In this document: positions 30,160 to 38,878 of the stretch, piece after piece
Numbering within the stretch: the first letter of the stretch is position 1
Layout: every line of letters begins with the position of its first letter
From: an uncultured Pseudomonadales bacterium
Lineage (GTDB): Bacteria; Patescibacteriota; Microgenomatia; UBA1400; MFAQ01
Length of the DNA: 64,000 bases
Direction: 5' to 3'
NCBI GenBank assembly: GCA_964357975.1
Contig: CAYHNG010000002.1
Span: 4,560-68,559, forward strand
Notes under the pieces: model-generated
The model's input: the letters and a program-made list of their open reading frames with translations, nothing else
Told to the model about the DNA's origin: nothing
Databases searched by the model: none
Position numbers and translations under genes: made by a program

Positions 30160-31299
30160 CTACAGTAAAATCGCTCCGGCGAGAAGAAGAATGAGTTTGT
30201 TTTGAGGAAGTGTCCACCAGTAATGATCAAAAGAACCGGTAATGATGACGATGACTACAAGCGTGAGAAATTGGGGATTGAGAATTTTTCGGTAATTTTG
30301 GTGAAGAAGAAGAACGATAAGAGCTAACCCGACAAAGCCAATCTCTGACACAAGCAGAACCGGCAGGTTGTGAACCGGCTGTAATTTCTCCGAGAGCAAG
30401 AATGAGCCGGGAAGAAACCGGACAAGAGAGGGGATGAAGTTTCCAAGCCCAACACCCAAGAGCGGAGACTGGAAAATAATATACCGAGAAGGAACCAGAA
30501 GAAAAAAGCGGTCGGAAACGAATTGAAGACTAGGCAGAAGGTTAGGTAGTACCGGTTGAAGCAGAGAAAATGTAAGAAACGAAACAATAGGAAAGAAGGA
30601 ATTAAGTGGAAAAGTGAAGACCAGAAGAAAGGCGAGGAGAGCCCCTTTGGAGAAAGTAAGAAGTAGTCCGAGAAACACAAAAAGACGGTGCCAGAGTGCA
30701 CTTCGGTGAAGATGAAGAAGATAGTAAACAATAAGAAGATAGCCGGCAAGAGAGTTGGGGTGAGAAAAGAGGGAAGGAGGCCGAACAAAATCTAACCCTC
30801 CGAGAGAGAGTCTGGCGAGACCGGAGGTAGAGGAAGTAAAGGCCCTTTCCCCAAGCCAGTAGAGGAGACCGCCGAGGGAGGATTGGCGGAACAATTGAAA
30901 CATCTCCAATGAAACCACCAAAAGGGTGGAGATTATAAGAGGTTGTCTCACTTGAGACCAAGTGACTTTCCTAAGACGAAGGGTAAGAAAAAAGAGGAGA
31001 TAAAGTAAAACTCGCCCCCACCAAAAAACAGAGTTAGGAGGCGAGACCCCGTAAAAGGAGTTAAGGAAAACATATACCAAGAAGGAACCAACTTTAAACT
31101 TATGGTTTTTGAGCCAAGTGATAATAATCTTGAGATTTAGGGCAATGAAAGCGATGAGTGGGAGGTCGGTGAAGTAAAGAGTGGGGGAGAGATAGTCGAT
31201 TTTGATGCCGGCCGCACGAGAGAACTCGGGCCAAAAATGAAGTCCGAGTTGGGATGGAAGAAAGAAGACAATTAGTTGGAGAAGGATGATTGAAAACAC
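30160..31299 (-). CDS. O-antigen ligase-like polytopic membrane protein
   Basis: FSHPNSLAGYL, PLLGVGLGNF, QPVHN. Confidence 0.8.
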   Translation of the reverse strand: MFSIILLQLIVFFLPSQLGLHFWPEFSRAAGIKIDYLSPTLYFTDLPLIAFIALNLKIIITWLKNHKFKVGSFLVYVFLNSFYGVSPPNSVFWWGRVLLYLLFFLTLRLRKVTWSQVRQPLIISTLLVVSLEMFQLFRQSSLGGLLYWLGERAFTSSTSGLARLSLGGLDFVRPPSLFSHPNSLAGYLLIVYYLLHLHRSALWHRLFVFLGLLLTFSKGALLAFLLVFTFPLNSFFPIVSFLTFSLLQPVLPNLLPSLQFVSDRFFLLVPSRYIIFQSPLLGVGLGNFIPSLVRFLPGSFLLSEKLQPVHNLPVLLVSEIGFVGLALIVLLLHQNYRKILNPQFLTLVVIVIITGSFDHYWWTLPQNKLILLLAGAILL

Positions 31300-31317
31300 T
31301 AAGGAGATTGTACCCCC

Positions 31318-31779
31318 TTATTCTGCGGTGGGAATGATTACCATTTGACGATAGGGGGCTTCACCACGTGATTCGGTCCGGACGCCTTTGTATTCTTCCA
31401 AAAAGAGATGGATAATGCGGCGTTCGAAGGAACTGAGATTGGGGAGAATTATTTCCTTTTGGAGGGAGACGGCCCTGTCGGCGGCATTCTGAGCCAATTC
31501 TTTGAGGGAGTCCTCGCGTCGTTCCTGATAGTCATTTACATTAAGATGAAGTTTGGGCCAGACACCAAAGCGCTGATAGATCATGAGAGAGAAGATCATA
31601 CGGAGAGAAGCCAAACCTTCACCATGATGTCCCACAAAAATACCGGCGGCGTCTGTAGAGGGGGTCAGGAGAATATTGATATTGTCCTCGTCGGCAACCT
31701 CGATTTTGATTTGATCTTCGTTAAGCTCCAGTTGAGTCAAAACGTTGGAGAGTATTTCGGTAACCTTTGATTGGTCCAT
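31318..31779 (-). CDS. jag: Jag/KhpB-type KH + R3H RNA-binding protein (short form)
   Basis: G.FVGHHGE.L, NVNDY..RR, SSFERRIIH, ESRGE.PYR. Confidence 0.85.
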   Translation of the reverse strand: MDQSKVTEILSNVLTQLELNEDQIKIEVADEDNINILLTPSTDAAGIFVGHHGEGLASLRMIFSLMIYQRFGVWPKLHLNVNDYQERREDSLKELAQNAADRAVSLQKEIILPNLSSFERRIIHLFLEEYKGVRTESRGEAPYRQMVIIPTAE

Positions 31780-31784
31780 GTTAA

Positions 31785-32522
31785 TTATTGTTTGATAACC
31801 CTTAGTTTAAGAAGGATGGGTTTTAAGCCACCCAGACCGGAGAAGTAGTATTGTTGAACAATAGAAAAGATGGTAGAAACTACCCAGTAAAGAATGAGAC
31901 CGGATTGAAAGTTAAGAGAGATCAAAACAGTCATAATCGGCATCATGTAGAGCATTTGCTGCTGCATGCTGGCGGCCATCTCCAGATTATCTTCTTCCTT
32001 TTTCTTTTCGTCTTTTTGTTTTGGATTCTGGACGTGAGATTCAACTCCGGACTGCATCATGAGGGAGAAAATTAGCTGAGAAACTCCGGCGAGAACCGGC
32101 ATGATATAGGTATGGTCGGGCTTGGTAAGGTCTAAGTAAAGAAAGTGGGGGTTGACGAGAAGCCCTCCAATGGAAGGTTGTTTGATAAATTCCATGAAGA
32201 CTTGATACAGAGAAATGAGAATAATGATTTGAACTATTTGGGGAAGACAGCCGGCGGCAGGGTTGATGCCTTGCTCTTTGTAGAGAGCCATTTGGGCCAC
32301 TTGAAGCTCTTTTTTGTCTTTGTGTTTTTCCTTGAGCCTGTCTAAAGCAGGTTTGAGTTCCTGCATTTTTTTGGCTGACTTCATGGAGGGAAGAACAAGA
32401 GGAATAAGGATAAATTTGGTGATAAGGGTGATAGCGATGATGGGTAAACCAAGATTGCCGCCAAAAAGACGATAGAAAAAGACAAGGACTTGATAGAGGA
32501 TGTAGTTGATTGGTGCGAGCAT
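31785..32522 (-). CDS. yidC: Membrane protein insertase YidC
   Basis: MQELKP, LYKEQGINPAAGCLP, GLILYW. Confidence 0.92.
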   Translation of the reverse strand: MLAPINYILYQVLVFFYRLFGGNLGLPIIAITLITKFILIPLVLPSMKSAKKMQELKPALDRLKEKHKDKKELQVAQMALYKEQGINPAAGCLPQIVQIIILISLYQVFMEFIKQPSIGGLLVNPHFLYLDLTKPDHTYIMPVLAGVSQLIFSLMMQSGVESHVQNPKQKDEKKKEEDNLEMAASMQQQMLYMMPIMTVLISLNFQSGLILYWVVSTIFSIVQQYYFSGLGGLKPILLKLRVIKQ

Positions 32523-32545
32523 AGTTACTTCGGTATTACTCAGTA

Positions 32546-32800
32546 TTAATATTTGATTTTAGCAGGCCTCGCCGTTCGGCGGGGTGGTACCGGGTCTACC
32601 CCGCCTTTGGAGAAAGGTTGACAGCGGAGAAAGCGACCTATGGAGAGTTTTGTCCCGGTAATGATACCATGAAGGCGAAAGGATTCTTTGGCGTATTCCG
32701 AACAGGTAGGGGAGAAGCGGCAAGCAAAGGAAGAGCCAAACAGAGCGTGGCCGAGTGCGTGGTAGTAAGGTGAGATGTATTTTTGGTAAAAAGAAATCAT
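32546..32800 (-). CDS. yidD: Membrane protein insertion efficiency factor YidD
   Basis: FYQKYISP, CRFSPTCSEY, RCQPF..GG.DPVP. Confidence 0.93.
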   Translation of the reverse strand: MISFYQKYISPYYHALGHALFGSSFACRFSPTCSEYAKESFRLHGIITGTKLSIGRFLRCQPFSKGGVDPVPPRRTARPAKIKY

Positions 32801-32837
32801 ACAAGGGGATTATATCTTGTACTGATAAAATTGACCT

Positions 32838-33311
32838 ATGTATAACCATGCGCCGGAAAACTATGTTTGCCCGATCTGTTTGGCGGTAGAGGGAGTGGAA
32901 AATGAAAGTACGATGATTAAACAGCCGGATATCTTCTACAAAGATGAGGTTGTAATGGCCTTTATTAGTAGCAAGTTTGACAAGAATGGAGGACATCCAC
33001 TGATAGTACCCGTCAAGCACTATGAGAACTTGTATGACTTGCCGGAGGACATCGGCAGTCGTATTTTATCTCTCTCAAAGAAAGTGGCACGGGCGATGAA
33101 GGAAGCGACCAATTGTGATGGAGTTACCGTAATGCAAAATAACGAGCCGGCGGGAGATCAGCATGCCTTTCACTATCACCTCCATATATACCCTAGATAT
33201 CTCGGAGACGAGCTTCACAAGAGTATTTTGGACACCAGAGTTTCCTTGCCGGAAGAACGAGCTACTTTGGCAGACAGTTTGAGAAGTTGTTTAGAAACAG
33301 GGAACGATTAA
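32838..33311 (+). CDS. HIT family hydrolase
   Basis: CPIC, GH.L.VP..H, FHYHLHIYPR. Confidence 0.9.
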   Translation: MYNHAPENYVCPICLAVEGVENESTMIKQPDIFYKDEVVMAFISSKFDKNGGHPLIVPVKHYENLYDLPEDIGSRILSLSKKVARAMKEATNCDGVTVMQNNEPAGDQHAFHYHLHIYPRYLGDELHKSILDTRVSLPEERATLADSLRSCLETGND

Positions 33312-33341
33312 GAAGAGAAACAAAGAATCTGACCGGATCTT

Positions 33342-34185
33342 TTATTTCAGGTTTTTGTTTGTGCTTGCTTTTGAAAGGAAGTTTTTGGGTGTGACAACAC
33401 TCTGGCCGATTTCTTTTTCCAGGTTTACCCGAGCATTTCCGGCGATCTTTCCACCTCGACGAGAGACCTTTTTATTTTCGGTGAAACCTTTGGGGGTGTT
33501 CGGTCTTGGTAATGGCGGTAGTGGAAGCTTCCCCTAGCATGGAGAAGAGTAGTTCCAGGTCGGACATGTGATCCCGGAGATTTTGTCTTTCCAATCCCTT
33601 TATCTGTTTGTGCTGTGAGGGAGTGACTCCAAAAGCGGCTTGGGAGATTTCGGCCGTAAGAATGGCATATTCCTTTTGGAGCTTGACTCCGTGAATTTCC
33701 CATTGTTCGGTGAGATCTTCACGAATAGCGATTGACCTTATGCGTTTTTCTATCCAACTATCGGGGTAGCCTTTGGCTTTGTAAATGGCTCTGGCTCTTT
33801 TTTGGGCGAGTTCCGGATCTTCTATTTCTTGAATTCTTTCGTAGCCGACTTTGGCCAGCCAACGCTTGAATGGTTCGGCTTTGGGAGAGGGGATCGATTG
33901 GATGATTCGGAAGATTGTTTCCGTGTTGGCACAATCTGTTTTGTACAGTTTTCCATCAGTGGAGGTTAGTTTCAGTTGTACGATTTTTTCGTACAACTCA
34001 GAATTACCTTCTTTGATAATTTTTATTTTTAAGTCACTCCAATATCTTCTCGGAATACTACTACCTGTAAGAGCGGTTATGACATCTGTGATGGAGAAGT
34101 ACCATTCATTTTTGTAAATGGTTTTGCGGATTTCTTTCTTCTGAAAAATAACGATCTTGGTAGGATCAATTACTTTTTTGGGCAT
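33342..34185 (-). pseudogene. BRO-N domain (antirepressor-like) gene with an apparent 1-nt frameshift near 33492-33496
   Basis: EWYFSITDVI, RRYWSDLK, IQSIPSPKAEPFKRWLA; C-terminus GFTENKKVSRRGGKIAGNAR..LE continues in another frame to a stop at 33342. Confidence 0.75.
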
Positions 34186-34255
34186 ATATTTAATTTATGC
34201 CATAAAATACCCGAAGTCAATAATTAGCATTATTGGAGTTAAGTATTATTTATTT

Positions 34256-34335
34256 GTCATCTCGAGCGTAGTCGAGAGATCTTACTCCATTTTGATGCGA
34301 ATACTTTGAGATTTCTCCACTTCGGTCGAAATGAC
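34256..34335. repeat. Palindromic family A, copies 6 (34256-34289, inverted) and 7 (34308-34335), forming an inverted doublet
   Basis: GTCATCTCGAGCGTAGTCGAGAGATCTTACTCCA and GAGATTTCTCCACTTCGGTCGAAATGAC. Confidence 0.85.
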
Positions 34336-34347
34336 GGGTTCTTGACA

Positions 34348-34375
34348 ATAAAAAACAGGGTGGTAAAACCCTGTT
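34348..34375 (-). terminator. Intrinsic terminator
   Basis: AACAGGG...CCCTGTT with an A-run on the plus strand. Confidence 0.65.
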
Positions 34376-34380
34376 GGCAA

Positions 34381-34899
34381 TTACTTTTGTTCGGAAAAAA
34401 TTTGGACGAGCCAGGCTTTGATCTGGGCTTCGACTTCGGGGGCAGTGATGGTGGGCTTGTAAATAACAACTCCATTATTCCACCAGTTCTTACCTTTGCA
34501 GTGCCATAGCCCCATTGATATTCGAATTGATGCATTCTTACTTTGTTCTGTAATAGTCCAGGAAGCACCATAATGGGTATACACTGTTCCACCCGCCAAT
34601 GGGTTTGTGTCGTCTGATTCATAAGTGTAAGACACCCATAGATCCCCAGAGATTCCTCTTTCGGGACCTTCGAACATCTCAGATACCTGCAACCCTTGTC
34701 TTTTTGCTTTGTCAAGAACGATACAGATATCTCTAATTGCTTTCGCAGAATTCTGCCGAAAGACCTTTCTGACGTATGCCAACCGTTTTGGTCCTTCAGC
34801 CTCAATTTCTATTTTTTGCAATTCAAGCCTTGTTCTTTCTTCATCTTTTTTCTTAATCTCAAGGGCTCTTTGCCGGGCTTCGTTAATCCAATTTGACAT
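34381..34899 (-). CDS. Hypothetical protein (172 aa)
   Basis: AAGGAG SD; charged helical N-terminus; terminator downstream. Confidence 0.65.
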   Translation of the reverse strand: MSNWINEARQRALEIKKKDEERTRLELQKIEIEAEGPKRLAYVRKVFRQNSAKAIRDICIVLDKAKRQGLQVSEMFEGPERGISGDLWVSYTYESDDTNPLAGGTVYTHYGASWTITEQSKNASIRISMGLWHCKGKNWWNNGVVIYKPTITAPEVEAQIKAWLVQIFSEQK

Positions 34900-34995
34900 T
34901 GGTTGTTCTCCTTTTTAGGGTGCCGGTGTGTTCTAAGAGGGTATTGTACCTTCAAATCGGGCAAAATGATAGTTCTGGGAGAATCGGAGGAGAGA

Positions 34996-35448
34996 TTATT
35001 TGAGTTTGGGGAGGAGGGAGGAGAGATCGGCAAGAAGGTCGGGGTGAGGGGTGTCGAGGACGGAGCGCTTGGGGATGACCAGGTAATCGGCGGGGAGGAA
35101 TTGGGGGAGTAGTTCGGCTAAGAGGGCGGAGGTGACACGTTTGATGCGGTTGCGGTCGACGGCGAGACGGGCGGTTTTTTTGGACAATAGAATGGAAAAT
35201 CTAGGGACGAGGGGATTTGTCGTATGGAGACCTGCAAGGACTCTCCTTGCAGGAATGACGGAGGTTTGGGTGGAGTGAGATCTACCCCTTCGGGTACCAT
35301 CGGCCCCGACTGCGCTCGGGATGACAGAAGAGAGGGGGGTGGGGGCAGTGACGATGGTGAAGTGGCGGGTGTGGAAGGATCGGCCTTCACGGGTGAGACG
35401 ATCACGCTCTTTGCGTAGGGGAAGCCGGTTTGTGGCCGGAAGTGGCAT
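34996..35448 (-). CDS. rnpA: Ribonuclease P protein component with a ~40-aa repeat-derived insertion
   Basis: NRL start, SKK..RLAVDRNRIKR (RNR motif); directly downstream of rpmH. Confidence 0.88.
   Translation of the reverse strand: MPLPATNRLPLRKERDRLTREGRSFHTRHFTIVTAPTPLSSVIPSAVGADGTRRGRSHSTQTSVIPARRVLAGLHTTNPLVPRFSILLSKKTARLAVDRNRIKRVTSALLAELLPQFLPADYLVIPKRSVLDTPHPDLLADLSSLLPKLK
35225..35325. repeat. Palindromic family A, copies 8 (35225-35259) and 9 (35271-35325), in frame in rnpA
   Basis: TGGAGACCTGCAAGGACTCTCCTTGCAGGAATGAC and TGGAGTGAGATCT...CGCTCGGGATGAC. Confidence 0.85.
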
Positions 35449-35449
35449 T

Positions 35450-35587
35450 TTAGAGCGCTAACTTGGTTCGGCCCTTAGCTCGGCGACGTTTGATGACATT
35501 ACGACCGGAGGCACTGGCCATCTTAATACGGAAACCGTGTTTTCTGATACGTTTGACTTTTTTGGGTTGGTAGACTCTTTTGGGCAT
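35450..35587 (-). CDS. rpmH: 50S ribosomal protein L34 (missing from the ORF track)
   Basis: Manual translation [45 protein letters not shown]. Confidence 0.96.
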   Translation of the reverse strand: MPKRVYQPKKVKRIRKHGFRIKMASASGRNVIKRRRAKGRTKLAL

Positions 35588-35611
35588 ATAGGGTGATTGT
35601 TGTTTAATTCG

Positions 35612-35645
35612 TGGAGTGAGATTCCTCGACTACGCTCGGAATGAC
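35612..35645. repeat. Palindromic family A, copy 10, in the rpmH upstream region
   Basis: TGGAGTGAGATTCCTCGACTACGCTCGGAATGAC. Confidence 0.85.
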
Positions 35646-35781
35646 ATGACACGTGACTGGTGAGTATTATACCTGATAAATGTCCGGAGCGAATGGATGG
35701 TAATTTTGATGGAGACCAATAAGGAACCTCCTCGCAGGACTACCTACAAGGAAGATCCTTGTAGGGGAGCTGGATTTGTGA

Positions 35782-35835
35782 TGTGGATAGTATTATTCTT
35801 TTTGGGTAATTTGGGGGTTGTAAAAATGTGGATAA
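35782..35835. promoter_or_regulatory. DnaA boxes upstream of dnaA
   Basis: TGTGGATAG (35782) and perfect TGTGGATAA (35827). Confidence 0.7.
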
Positions 35836-35852
35836 GTAGTGAGAATGGGCGT

Positions 35853-37235
35853 ATGGACAGTGAGAAGTTATGGCATAGCATTTGCGGTGAGTTGGGCGTT
35901 TCGATGTCTCCCGCCAGTTTTGCAGGCTTTATCAAGCCTTGTTTCTTGCGATCGGTAACTCCGATTGATGATCAACGACTGCTTTTGGAGTTGGCGGCTT
36001 CATCTGTTTTTTTGAGTCACACCATCGAGACCAAGTATTACAGTCTCATCAAACAAGCCGCCGAAAAAATTTCCGAAAAGAAGTGTGATATCGCTTTGAT
36101 TGTGGTTGAAGCTACCAAAGAAGTTAAGTTGAGTAAAAAGGAAATCAATAAGATGGGGGAGGTAAATGAGACCAGCATTGGACTATTTACCCCACAGGAG
36201 GAGAATAAACAAACCGGAACCAATCTGAATCCCCGTTATGTTTTTGAGTCATACATGGTGGGAAGTTCGAATAGACTGGCTTTCGCCGCCGCCAAAGCAG
36301 TGGTCGACTATCCCGGCACCAGACACAACCCACTATTTATCTATGGGGGAGTCGGGGTTGGAAAGACTCATTTGATGCATGCGGTAGGACATGAACTGGT
36401 CAAAAAAGGAGTGGGTAAAGTAGTCTGTGTGACAAGTGAACAGTTTACGAACGATTTGGTCGGTTCGTTTAAATCCAAAATGACGGATGCTTTTAAGAAA
36501 AAATATCGACAGGTAGGAGCATTGCTGGTAGATGATGTGCAGTTTTTTGGGGGAAAAGATTCAACACAAGAAGAGTTCTTCCATACCTTTAACGAACTGA
36601 CAAATAAACAAGCGCAGATTATCATGACGAGTGACCGAAAACCACAAGAGATCGTCGGTTTGGAGGATAGACTACGAAGCCGCTTCTTGGGTGGCATGAT
36701 GGTGGATATTGGTTTACCGGACTACGAGATGAGACTGGCGATTTTGCGGCAGCGAGCACTAGATATTAAAGCAGAAGTAGAAGATAGTGCCTTTGAACTA
36801 ATTGCCAATAGCTATCCAACAAATGCCCGCGAGCTGGAAGGAACTTTCGTCAGGCTAGCCACAGGTGCCAGTATTGACGGGGGAGTCTTAACCAGAGAAA
36901 TGGTACAGCAAACAATGGGACTTCCGGCCAATACTGTGAAAGACATTAAAGTGCGACCGATCAAGGTGATCTCGACAGTCGCCAAGTATTTTGATTTCAG
37001 AAACAAAGATCTCTTGGGGGAGAGTAGGAAGGCCGACTTGGTAGTGGCGAGACACATTGCCATGTATATTCTGAGAGAAACACTAAAGCTTAATCTGACT
37101 GAAGTCGCGGAGTTGATGGGAGGCCGAGATCATACTACAGTGATGCATGCATGCGAGAAAATGGAGCTAGAAATTGAGAAAAATATGGATATCAGGCGTA
37201 AAGTAATGGCTCTGAAACAGGCGTTATACACCTAA
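35853..37235 (+). CDS. dnaA: Chromosomal replication initiator DnaA (start placed at ATG 35853)
   Basis: NPLFIYGGVGVGKTHL, LLVDDVQF, TQEEFFHTFN, GGRDHTTV. Confidence 0.98.
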   Translation: MDSEKLWHSICGELGVSMSPASFAGFIKPCFLRSVTPIDDQRLLLELAASSVFLSHTIETKYYSLIKQAAEKISEKKCDIALIVVEATKEVKLSKKEINKMGEVNETSIGLFTPQEENKQTGTNLNPRYVFESYMVGSSNRLAFAAAKAVVDYPGTRHNPLFIYGGVGVGKTHLMHAVGHELVKKGVGKVVCVTSEQFTNDLVGSFKSKMTDAFKKKYRQVGALLVDDVQFFGGKDSTQEEFFHTFNELTNKQAQIIMTSDRKPQEIVGLEDRLRSRFLGGMMVDIGLPDYEMRLAILRQRALDIKAEVEDSAFELIANSYPTNARELEGTFVRLATGASIDGGVLTREMVQQTMGLPANTVKDIKVRPIKVISTVAKYFDFRNKDLLGESRKADLVVARHIAMYILRETLKLNLTEVAELMGGRDHTTVMHACEKMELEIEKNMDIRRKVMALKQALYT

Positions 37236-37540
37236 CTATCCACAACTTATCCACGCTCTGTGGATATCTTAAGAAACTGTGTAGAAGTTTTAAATTTTCA
37301 GGAAACGGGTGGATAAACGACCAAGTTATTCAGAAAAGAATCCACAGAAAACAAAGGTTGTTAGTGCAAGGTGCGAGGTGTGGGACAGTAATTTTGATAT
37401 TAAAAGGGTGGATGTAAGAGTCAAAAAAATATTAATAACAGAGAATGTAGGCAAGGGGCAAAGCTACTATCCACTTGTCCACCGCTTCTATTACTACTCA
37501 CTACTATTTTTATTTAAGATAAATATATTATTTATAACAA
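37224..37540. other. Replication origin oriC (dnaA-dnaN intergenic)
   Basis: DnaA-box cluster (37236 CTATCCACA, 37247 TTATCCACG, 37259 TGTGGATAT, 37308 GGTGGATAA, 37467/37475 tandem), then CTA/TTA trios and an AT-rich tract. Confidence 0.85.
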
Positions 37541-37765
37541 AGAGAGATGATAATGGAGGCCGATAAGGATTCACCTCGCATGGTTACATACAAGGAGAAT
37601 CCTTTGGTAAGGGAATCGAGATGAATGAGGTTATAGAATAAAAATACATATACAATAGGGAACTGATAAGAGCTTGCTCGTCTTCTTTTCAATAACCTTG
37701 TTATTGAAATATCCAGACTGTGCTTCCTCTTATATTCGCTTACAACTTCGTTATAATGCTTGAAT

Positions 37766-38878
37766 ATGAAGATAACTGTATTGTCAACCGACTTAAAGAA
37801 ATATCTAGGAATTGTAAATCGAGGTATTGGGGTAAGACCTCAGCTGCCTATTTTGTCGGGTGTTCTTTTGAAAGTGACAAAGGAGGAAGTAAATTTGGTG
37901 TCGACTGACTTGGAAGTAAGTTTTTGGGTGAAACTACCGGCCAAGATAGATGAGGAAGGAGAGATGGTAGTACCGGCAAAGCTTTTTGGAGAATTGGTGG
38001 CCAGTTTGCCGGCTGGAAATGTAACTCTTTCGGCAGAAAAAAACACTTTAACAGTTTCCGCCAAAGGTATTAACGCAGAAGTTGTAGGACAAGGGGTGGA
38101 GGATTTTCCAAGTATTCCTAGAGCCAAAAAACCTCAAATTACCTTAAAGAGTGGAGATTTTAGACAAAAGATGGATCGGGTGTGTATTTCGGCGGCACGT
38201 GATGATACAAGACCGGTCTTGACCGGTGTCTTGTGGGAGTTGGAAGAGAATAAGACTATTTTGGCGGCGACAGATGGATACAGATTGGGAGTTGATAAAT
38301 TAAATGTTGGCAAAACAACTATTGAGAAGAACACCCGTTTTATTTTACCGGCACGATCTCTTCAGGAAATATCCAAAGTCCTGGCTGAGACAGGTGAGGA
38401 TAATTTTGGTATTGAATTTGACAAAGAAAATCAACAGGTGATCTTTACCATTGCCGATATGGAAGTCTCCTCCCGCCTGATTGCAGGCGAGTTTCCGCCC
38501 TATCAACAAATTATGCCGAATACTTACTCAACAAAGGCGGTATTTAACAGGGAAGAGCTACTAGAAGCGGTCAAGAGGGCCAATTTGTTTGCAAGGGACA
38601 ATGCCAATATTGTAAAAATGACCATCGAAGGTGAAAGACTAATTGTGAAAGCGGAAAGTAGTCAGCTTGGAAGCAATTCGACAGAGATCGAAACGGAAAT
38701 TGAAGGAGAAGGTTTGACCGTCGCTTTTAATGCCAGATATCTATTAGATTATCTGGGAGTGAACAATGCGGAGAGAGTGGTTTGGGAGACGGAAGGGGAA
38801 CTCAAACCAAGCGTCTTCAAGAGAGAGGATGATGACGGCTGGATTCAGGTAGTAATGCCGGTTAGGGTGCAGAATTAG
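37766..38878 (+). CDS. dnaN: DNA polymerase III beta clamp
   Basis: LPILSGV, STDLE, ATDGYRL, SRLI.GEFP.Y, AFNARYL, VVMPVR. Confidence 0.97.
   Translation: MKITVLSTDLKKYLGIVNRGIGVRPQLPILSGVLLKVTKEEVNLVSTDLEVSFWVKLPAKIDEEGEMVVPAKLFGELVASLPAGNVTLSAEKNTLTVSAKGINAEVVGQGVEDFPSIPRAKKPQITLKSGDFRQKMDRVCISAARDDTRPVLTGVLWELEENKTILAATDGYRLGVDKLNVGKTTIEKNTRFILPARSLQEISKVLAETGEDNFGIEFDKENQQVIFTIADMEVSSRLIAGEFPPYQQIMPNTYSTKAVFNREELLEAVKRANLFARDNANIVKMTIEGERLIVKAESSQLGSNSTEIETEIEGEGLTVAFNARYLLDYLGVNNAERVVWETEGELKPSVFKREDDDGWIQVVMPVRVQN

Noticed and set aside
34257-34805. 182-aa alternative-frame ORF
   Set aside because: Overlaps the SD-led 172-aa ORF and reads through a terminator and a repeat doublet.
35458-35652. 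64-aa [15 protein letters not shown]...
   Set aside because: It is a translation of repeat copy 10 plus an alternative frame of rpmH.
35697-35852. N-terminal extension of DnaA in the ORF track
   Set aside because: It spans a palindromic repeat and DnaA boxes; the DnaA-like sequence begins at MDSEKLW (35853).
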